Origin: Alphaproteobacteria bacterium
GTDB lineage: Bacteria; Pseudomonadota; Alphaproteobacteria; Bin95
Assembly (NCBI GenBank): GCA_964291285.2
Contig: OZ219787.1
Span: forward strand, 1,184,001 to 1,248,000
Length of the DNA: 64,000 nucleotides
Reading direction: 5' to 3'
Shown: positions 57,982 through 64,000 of the stretch, in pieces
How positions within the stretch are numbered: position 1 is the stretch's first letter
How the letters are laid out: each line of letters starts with the position of its first letter
Made by a program: the position numbers and the translations under genes
The notes under the pieces: generated by a model
What the model saw: the letters and a program-made list of their open reading frames with translations, nothing else
The model's database searches: none
What the model was told of the DNA's origin: nothing

Positions 57982-58482
57982 TCACCGGCCGCTGCGCAGT
58001 TCCGGCGGCGGGTATTCCCGAAGTGCGTAATCGAGGCTGTCGCGGCCGCAATTCATCCGCTTCATGTTGAAGCGCAGATGGCCCGCCTTGCGGCCGCGCC
58101 AGAACCCGCCGAACGCGACCACGATCCAGGGGAAGGAAGGCGCCGGCGGCTCGAAATGGATGAGGAGTTCATTGCGGCTCAGCAGCGACTGCTGGCGGAT
58201 CGTGCGGATGGCGGACCAGTCCCGCTGGGGGATGCCGAAGATCGGGAAGGCGATGCCGCTCTTGTCGAACACGACGGCCGGCAGATGCGCGCGCCGGACG
58301 ATCCACACCGCATAGCCGGCAATGCCGCCAAGCAGCGCCGCCAGCAGCGCCGCCATCGCCAGAGGCGGCCCCGGCTTGCCCGTCGCCAGGCCGTTGACCA
58401 GCAGGGCCAGAAGCGCAAGCGTCACGAGGCCGGCCGCCAGCGCCAGCGCGATATAGGTGGGCCGGTAGTAGTAGATCGTCAT
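57982..58482 (-). CDS. Hypothetical membrane protein (two N-terminal TM helices)
   Basis: Hydrophobic N-terminus followed by a soluble segment; fills the moeA-lexA gap; GGAG RBS. Confidence 0.6.
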   Translation of the reverse strand: MTIYYYRPTYIALALAAGLVTLALLALLVNGLATGKPGPPLAMAALLAALLGGIAGYAVWIVRRAHLPAVVFDKSGIAFPIFGIPQRDWSAIRTIRQQSLLSRNELLIHFEPPAPSFPWIVVAFGGFWRGRKAGHLRFNMKRMNCGRDSLDYALREYPPPELRSGR

Positions 58483-58687
58483 GGGCTCCGCCTATAGCCG
58501 GGCGCGCGCCGGGGAACAAGCCGGGCCTGGATACGGCTGCGCGCCTTTGGCCGGCGGCATGGAACATTCCGGGGCCAGGCGTGAACCGGGGCGCGAAGGT
58601 ATCCGGACCTATGCCTGCGAATTACGAATTACCCCTTTTTGACGCATGTGCCGCTGGCGTGGTGCTATCTTGCTTGACGTCTGTTCC

Positions 58688-58702
58688 GAACCAATATAGA
58701 AC
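58688..58702 (+). promoter_or_regulatory. Alphaproteobacterial LexA (SOS) box
   Basis: GAAC-CAATATA-GAAC (GAAC-N7-GAAC) overlapping the -10 region downstream of TTGACG (58674-58679), upstream of lexA. Confidence 0.85.
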
Positions 58703-58755
58703 GCAAGTAACGAAACCGGGTTCGTATAAGGAACATCGCCGGAGGGAGTAGCGGC

Positions 58756-59433
58756 ATGTTGACGAAGAAACAGAACGAACTGCTGCTGTTCATCTCGCAG
58801 CAGATCTCCAAGGACGGCGTATCGCCTTCCTTCGACGAGATGAAGGATGCGCTGGGGCTCAAGTCGAAATCGGGCGTCCACAGGCTGGTGACGGCGCTGG
58901 AGGAGCGGGGGTTCATCCGCCGGTTCCCGAACCGCGCCCGTGCGCTGGAGATCGCGCGCCTGCCGGAGGCGGACGCCTATGAGGGCCGGAGCCGGGCCGG
59001 GCGGTCCGCCTTTCGCGGCTTCCGCCGGCGCCTTGACCCTGCCGACACGGTGCAGAACGAACTTCCGCTTTACGGCCGCATTGCCGCGGGCACGCCGATC
59101 GAGGCCCTGCGCGATCCGGACAGCACCGTGGCGGTGCCGCAGGGAATGCTCGGCGGCGGGCGCCACTATGCGCTCGAAATCGCCGGGGATTCGATGGTCG
59201 ATGCCGGCATCATGGACGGCGACACGGTCATCATCCAGGAGTGCGACGAAGTGGAAAGCGGGGCCATCGTGGTCGCACTCGTCGATTCCGAGGAGGCGAC
59301 GCTGAAGATCTGGCGCCCGTTCAACGGCCGCGTGGTGCTGGAAGCCGCGAACGAAGCCTATCCTACGCAGGACTACGAGCCGGAGCGGGTGAAGGTCCAG
59401 GGCCGGCTGGTCGCGCTTATGCGCGACTACTGA
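58756..59433 (+). CDS. lexA: SOS repressor LexA
   Basis: MLTKKQ, SPSFDEM, Ala-Gly cleavage site IAAG, GDSM, ATLK. Confidence 0.96.
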   Translation: MLTKKQNELLLFISQQISKDGVSPSFDEMKDALGLKSKSGVHRLVTALEERGFIRRFPNRARALEIARLPEADAYEGRSRAGRSAFRGFRRRLDPADTVQNELPLYGRIAAGTPIEALRDPDSTVAVPQGMLGGGRHYALEIAGDSMVDAGIMDGDTVIIQECDEVESGAIVVALVDSEEATLKIWRPFNGRVVLEAANEAYPTQDYEPERVKVQGRLVALMRDY

Positions 59434-61514
59434 GGCCCGGCCAGCGCGACCCAGGGCCGCCGGCCACGACGGTCCCAGTCGGTCTCGACGACAGGGCCCC
59501 CGGGCGTGAGGCGGATCGCATGGGCGCCCAGCCGGCGGAGTCTCTGCCGGTCCACGATCAGCGCATCGTCCGGGCAATAGAGCCGCCGGGCCCGGCGCGA
59601 GACCGTCACTGCGGACAGGACGATGGCGGCGCGGCGGCAGTCTTCTTCCAGGGCTTCGTGACGGAGCACGACCGCGACTCCGTCCGCTGAGCAGCCAAGC
59701 ATGTCGCAAGAAAGACCGGGACTCCCGGTCCCGGTGGCGCCGGCTTCGCTTGTGCCCACCGCTTCCGTCCACACCCGGCCCAGGAAGCCGGCGCGCGGTT
59801 TCGAAAGATAGAGCCGGCCTTCGGCATGGCGGGCGAACAGGCGGGCGTCCCGGTCGGCCATCAGGTCGGGCGGATGCGCGCCAGCCTGGATTACGAGCGC
59901 GGCGGCGAGGCCGCCTATGCCCAGAAACCGCCATCGGGTCTGCCAGAGGCAGAGCCAGAGACCGCCGGCCGCCGCCGCGACAGCCCCCGCTGCCGGCACG
60001 GGCGGGAAGCGGTGCACCGCTCCGGGCCATGCGGAAACCGTCTCCGCCGTCCAAAGCACGGCATCGATGCCGGCTTCCATGATTGCGAGCGGCCAGATTT
60101 CCATGCCGAGCGGCATGGCGGCCATCGCAAGGATCGCGGCCGGCATGATCCAGAAGGCCGCAATGGGCACCGCGATCAGGTTCGCGGCGAGCCCGTAGGC
60201 GGCGATGCGGCCGAAATGATGCGCCGCGAACGGAGCCGTGGCGAGCGTGGCCACGACGGTGGTGAGCAGGGTTGCGGCCAGGAAGAGAGGCGCCCGCCCC
60301 GACCGGGAGCGGAATTCGGACAGCGAGGGGGCCAGCCTTTCATAGACGGCGACCAGTGCCACGACGGCGGCGAAGGAAAGCTGGAAGCTCGCGGTGGTGA
60401 GCGCATAGGGATCCAGAGCCAGCACGGCGAAGGCTGCCAGCGCGACGAGGCGCATGCCGATTTCGAGCCGGTCCACCAGTACCGCCAGCAGGGCGAGTGC
60501 CACCATGAGGAAGGCACGCTGCGTCGGAACGGTCGCGCCCGCGAGCAGCATGTAGAAGAAGCCGGCGGCAATGGCGGCTGCGGCCGCCCATTTCTTGACC
60601 GGATAGCGGAGCGCGACGCCCGGCCAGAGGGCCAGCGCGGCTCTGACCGCTGCGAAGACGAGGCCGGCCACAAGACCCAGATGCAGGCCGGAGATCGCAA
60701 GCAGATGCGCGAGGCCGGCATCCCGGATTGCCTCATGCACGGCCTTGGGCAGGTCGCCGCGAAGTCCTGTGGTGAGCGCGATGGCAACACCGGCCGCTGC
60801 CGGGTCCGCGATGGCCTTGCCGATGCGTGCTGCGATCGCGTGGCGCAGACGCTCGATGCCAGGGGTTTCGGCGGGCTCCAGAAGGCGCGCCCGGCCGAGC
60901 GCAAAGCCTGTCGCGCCGATGCCCTCGAAGAAGGCCCGTCTGGCCGGGTCGTAGCCGCCGGGCAGGGCAGGCTGCGGCACGGGCTCCAGCCGGGCGAGCA
61001 CCGCGATGCGCGCGCCGGGACCCGCGCCGGGCGGCAGCGATGCGATGCGCAGGCGCAGTCGCCCCGGCGTCCGTTCCGGCGGGAGACGCGAGACGGTTGC
61101 GTCCTCCAGCACGACCCGAACCGGCCCTTCGATCCGGTCCTGGCGAAGTATCCTCCCGCTCACCTCGGTCGGTCCCACGGATCGTTCCAGAATGGGGGCG
61201 CGGGCGAGTTCGGTGTGGAGGCCGGCCCAGAAGAGGCCGGCGGCAGCAACGGCGACGGCGATGCCCGCCGGGAAGAAGGCGGACCGGCGCAGATATACGG
61301 CAAGCAGGGCTGCCAGGCCGGTTGCCGACGCCGTCATGAGGACATGCGGCTCGAAATCGAGCGAGAAATAGACACCGATGCCGAGCGCGAAGAAAACCGG
61401 CAGCCAGAGCGCCCACCGGTCCCGCTCACGCATTGGCAGGGCGGCGACGGCCTTGACCTCTTCGCGCAGCCTTTCGATAAACGCGCGCTCCTTCCCGGAA
61501 GTTTTGCTGCCCAT
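59427..61514 (-). CDS. comEC: ComEC/Rec2 competence protein
   Basis: [34 protein letters not shown]. Start uncertain (61514 or 61433). Confidence 0.9.
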   Translation of the reverse strand: MGSKTSGKERAFIERLREEVKAVAALPMRERDRWALWLPVFFALGIGVYFSLDFEPHVLMTASATGLAALLAVYLRRSAFFPAGIAVAVAAAGLFWAGLHTELARAPILERSVGPTEVSGRILRQDRIEGPVRVVLEDATVSRLPPERTPGRLRLRIASLPPGAGPGARIAVLARLEPVPQPALPGGYDPARRAFFEGIGATGFALGRARLLEPAETPGIERLRHAIAARIGKAIADPAAAGVAIALTTGLRGDLPKAVHEAIRDAGLAHLLAISGLHLGLVAGLVFAAVRAALALWPGVALRYPVKKWAAAAAIAAGFFYMLLAGATVPTQRAFLMVALALLAVLVDRLEIGMRLVALAAFAVLALDPYALTTASFQLSFAAVVALVAVYERLAPSLSEFRSRSGRAPLFLAATLLTTVVATLATAPFAAHHFGRIAAYGLAANLIAVPIAAFWIMPAAILAMAAMPLGMEIWPLAIMEAGIDAVLWTAETVSAWPGAVHRFPPVPAAGAVAAAAGGLWLCLWQTRWRFLGIGGLAAALVIQAGAHPPDLMADRDARLFARHAEGRLYLSKPRAGFLGRVWTEAVGTSEAGATGTGSPGLSCDMLGCSADGVAVVLRHEALEEDCRRAAIVLSAVTVSRRARRLYCPDDALIVDRQRLRRLGAHAIRLTPGGPVVETDWDRRGRRPWVALAGPQ

Positions 61515-62901
61515 GACCGTCGTTACCCGGTTCGCCCCCTCGCCCACCGGCCTCCTACATATCGGGGGCGCGCGCACGGCGCTATTCAATTGGCTCTTCG
61601 CGCGCCGTCATGGCGGGTGGTTCCTGCTGCGCATCGAGGATACCGACCGCCGCCGCTCGACGGAGGAGGCGGTGGCCGCGATCCTGGACGGGCTCGCCTG
61701 GCTCGGCCTCGACCCCGACGAGCCGCCCGCCTATCAGTTCCAGCGCCGCGAGCGCCATGCGGAGGTTGCGCGGGCGATGCTGGAGGCCGGCGCGGCCTAT
61801 CGCTGCTTCGCGGGACCCGAGGAACTGCAGGCGATGAGGGAGGCTGCCGCCGCGCGCGGCGAGCGCTTCCGCTACAACGGGCTCTGGCGCGACCGGGACC
61901 CGGCGGAGGCGCCGGAGGGCGCGCCCTTCGCGATCCGCCTCAAGGCGCCGCAGGACGGCGAGACGGTCATCCGCGACCTGGTGCAAGGCGAGGTACGCGT
62001 CGCCAATGCCGAACTCGACGACATGGTGCTGCTGCGCGCCGACGGCACGCCCACCTACATGCTTTCCGTGGTGGTGGACGACCATGACATGGGGGTGACC
62101 CATGTGATTCGTGGCGACGACCATCTGAACAACGCCTTCCGCCAGGCCCAGGTCTTCGAGGCGATGGGCTGGCCGCTTCCGGCCTTCGCCCATATCCCGC
62201 TCATCCACGGGCCCGACGGCGCCAAGCTGTCCAAGCGCCACGGCGCGCTCGGCGTGGATGCCTACCGCGAGATGGGGCTGCTGCCAGAGGCGGTCCGCAA
62301 CTACCTGTTGCGGCTCGGCTGGAGCCATGGCGATGCCGAGATCGTCTCGACGGAGGAGGCCGTGACCTGGTTCGGGCTGGAGGCGGTCGGCCGGTCGCCG
62401 GCGCGCTTCGACCGGGACAAGCTGGAAAGCGTCAACGCCCACTATATGCGCGCCGCCGACGAGGACAGGCTTCTGGCGCTGCTGGAACCGTTCCTCGCGC
62501 TGCCGCCCGACGAGGCCGGCCGGGCGCGCCTCCGGGCCGGTCTGGGCGCGCTCCTCCCGCGGGCGAAGACGCTGGTCGAACTGGCCGACGCCGGCGCGTT
62601 CTACACAGCCGGGCGGCCGCTGGAGCCGGATGCAAAGGCCGCGCGCCTGCTGGCGGATGAGGCGGCCCGCGCCCTGCTTGCGCGCTATGCGGCGGCGCTG
62701 GAAGGGGCGGAGTGGACGGAGGCAGCGCTGGAATCCGCAACGCGGGCCTTTGCGGAAACCGAAGGGCTCGGGCTCGGGCGGGTCGCCCAACCGGCGCGCG
62801 CCGCGCTTACCGGACGCGCCGCCTCGCCGGGTCTCTTCGAGGTGCTGGCGGCGCTCGGCCGGGAGGAGGCGCTGGGGCGTCTGCACGACGCGGCTCTCTG
62901 A
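61513..62901 (+). CDS. gltX: Glutamate--tRNA ligase
   Basis: [27 protein letters not shown]. Confidence 0.96.
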   Translation: MTVVTRFAPSPTGLLHIGGARTALFNWLFARRHGGWFLLRIEDTDRRRSTEEAVAAILDGLAWLGLDPDEPPAYQFQRRERHAEVARAMLEAGAAYRCFAGPEELQAMREAAAARGERFRYNGLWRDRDPAEAPEGAPFAIRLKAPQDGETVIRDLVQGEVRVANAELDDMVLLRADGTPTYMLSVVVDDHDMGVTHVIRGDDHLNNAFRQAQVFEAMGWPLPAFAHIPLIHGPDGAKLSKRHGALGVDAYREMGLLPEAVRNYLLRLGWSHGDAEIVSTEEAVTWFGLEAVGRSPARFDRDKLESVNAHYMRAADEDRLLALLEPFLALPPDEAGRARLRAGLGALLPRAKTLVELADAGAFYTAGRPLEPDAKAARLLADEAARALLARYAAALEGAEWTEAALESATRAFAETEGLGLGRVAQPARAALTGRAASPGLFEVLAALGREEALGRLHDAAL

Positions 62902-62962
62902 TTGCCAATCTCTCTGCGCCGCCATATTGTGGCCGCCGTATCGAGTGAGGATGACAGTCGAG

Positions 62963-64000
62963 ATGACCAGCCGCAGCGTTTCCATTGTGGATCGGGCCAA
63001 CAACAAGACCGTTGAGTTGCCGATCATGAGCGGGACTTTGGGAACGGACGTCATCGACATCCGCGCCCTCTATAAGGAACTCGGCTATTTCACCTTCGAT
63101 CCGGGCTACACCGCCACGGGAAGCTGCCAGTCCAAGGTCACCTATATCGACGGCGACGAGGGCGTGCTGCTCTACCGCGGTTATCCCATCGAGCAGCTTG
63201 CCGAGCACTCCGACTACATGGAGACCTGCTACCTCATCCTGTTCGGGGAGCTGCCGAACGCGGAACAGAAGGCGAAATTCGTTTACGACATCACGCATCA
63301 CACGATGCTGCACGACCAGATCACCAACATCTATCGGGGCTTCCGGCGCGACGCGCACCCGATGGCGGTGATGTGCGGCGTGGTCGGCGCGCTCTCGGCC
63401 TTCTACCACGACAGCATCGACATCGAGGACCCCTGGCACCGGACTGTCGCGTCCTACCGGATGATCGCCAAGATGCCGACCATCGCGGGCTGGGCCTACA
63501 AATATTCCATGGGCCAGCCCTTCATGTATCCGCGCAACGACCTCGACTACGCCTCCAACTTCCTGCGGCTCTGCTTCGCCGTGCCGACGGAGGACTTCGA
63601 GGTCAACCCGGTGCTCGCCAAGGCGATGGACCTGATCTTCATCCTCCATGCCGACCATGAGCAGAACGCCTCGGCCTCGACCGTGCGTCTTGCGGGCTCC
63701 ACCGGCGCCAATCCGTTCGCCTGCATCGCCGCCGGCTGCGCGGCGCTATGGGGGCCGAGCCATGGCGGGGCGAACGAGGAAGTACTCAAGATGCTGGCCG
63801 AGATCGGCTCGGCCGACAAGGTGGGCGACTGGGTGCTGAAGGCCAAGGACCCGGACGATCCCTTCCGCCTCTTCGGCTTCGGCCACCGGGTCTACAAGAA
63901 CCACGACCCCCGCGCGCGGGTGATCCAGAAGGCCTGCCACGACGTGCTGAACGAACTCGGCCTGCACGACCCGCTGCTGGAGGTCGCGATCGCTCTGGAA
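62963..64000 (+). CDS. gltA: Citrate synthase (type II), partial; not in the ORF track
   Basis: Manual translation gives [46 protein letters not shown]; runs off the window. Confidence 0.95.
   Translation, partial: MTSRSVSIVDRANNKTVELPIMSGTLGTDVIDIRALYKELGYFTFDPGYTATGSCQSKVTYIDGDEGVLLYRGYPIEQLAEHSDYMETCYLILFGELPNAEQKAKFVYDITHHTMLHDQITNIYRGFRRDAHPMAVMCGVVGALSAFYHDSIDIEDPWHRTVASYRMIAKMPTIAGWAYKYSMGQPFMYPRNDLDYASNFLRLCFAVPTEDFEVNPVLAKAMDLIFILHADHEQNASASTVRLAGSTGANPFACIAAGCAALWGPSHGGANEEVLKMLAEIGSADKVGDWVLKAKDPDDPFRLFGFGHRVYKNHDPRARVIQKACHDVLNELGLHDPLLEVAIALE

Overview
This is a high-GC alphaproteobacterial chromosomal segment (Rhodospirillales-like gene order, inferred). The core backbone is hicAB, tldD, the aa3 oxidase operon (coxB-coxA-ctaB-coxF-ctaG-coxC-SURF1), pyc, thrC, an M16 peptidase, yejABEF, a CP-ATP-grasp/alpha-E/transglutaminase operon, a second peptide-type ABC transporter, murJ-glnD, tRNA-Ala(CGC), yggT-folD, trpG-trpD-trpC-moaC-moeA, lexA (with an SOS box), comEC, gltX and gltA. 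Two complete, cargo-carrying insertion sequences could be delimited by eye from their terminal inverted repeats and 8-bp target duplications. (1) An IS1595-family element (23871-26444) splits yejB and carries a translationally coupled beta-class DNA methyltransferase plus a putative wHTH-HNH nuclease, resembling a mobile mini restriction-modification or addiction cassette. (2) An IS66-family element (35913-39120) is inserted just after the start codon of an ABC substrate-binding gene and carries a DUF4338/DruA-like gene. Other oddities: a ~630-bp element after yejF with a near-consensus promoter, a strong RBS, a small ORF and helically phased TGTCATG heptamers, followed by a diverged duplicate of the yejF 3' end; in-frame 45-bp palindromic tandem repeats extending CtaG; and a SURF1 gene with no canonical start codon. 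All calls come from reading the sequence; no database searches were run.
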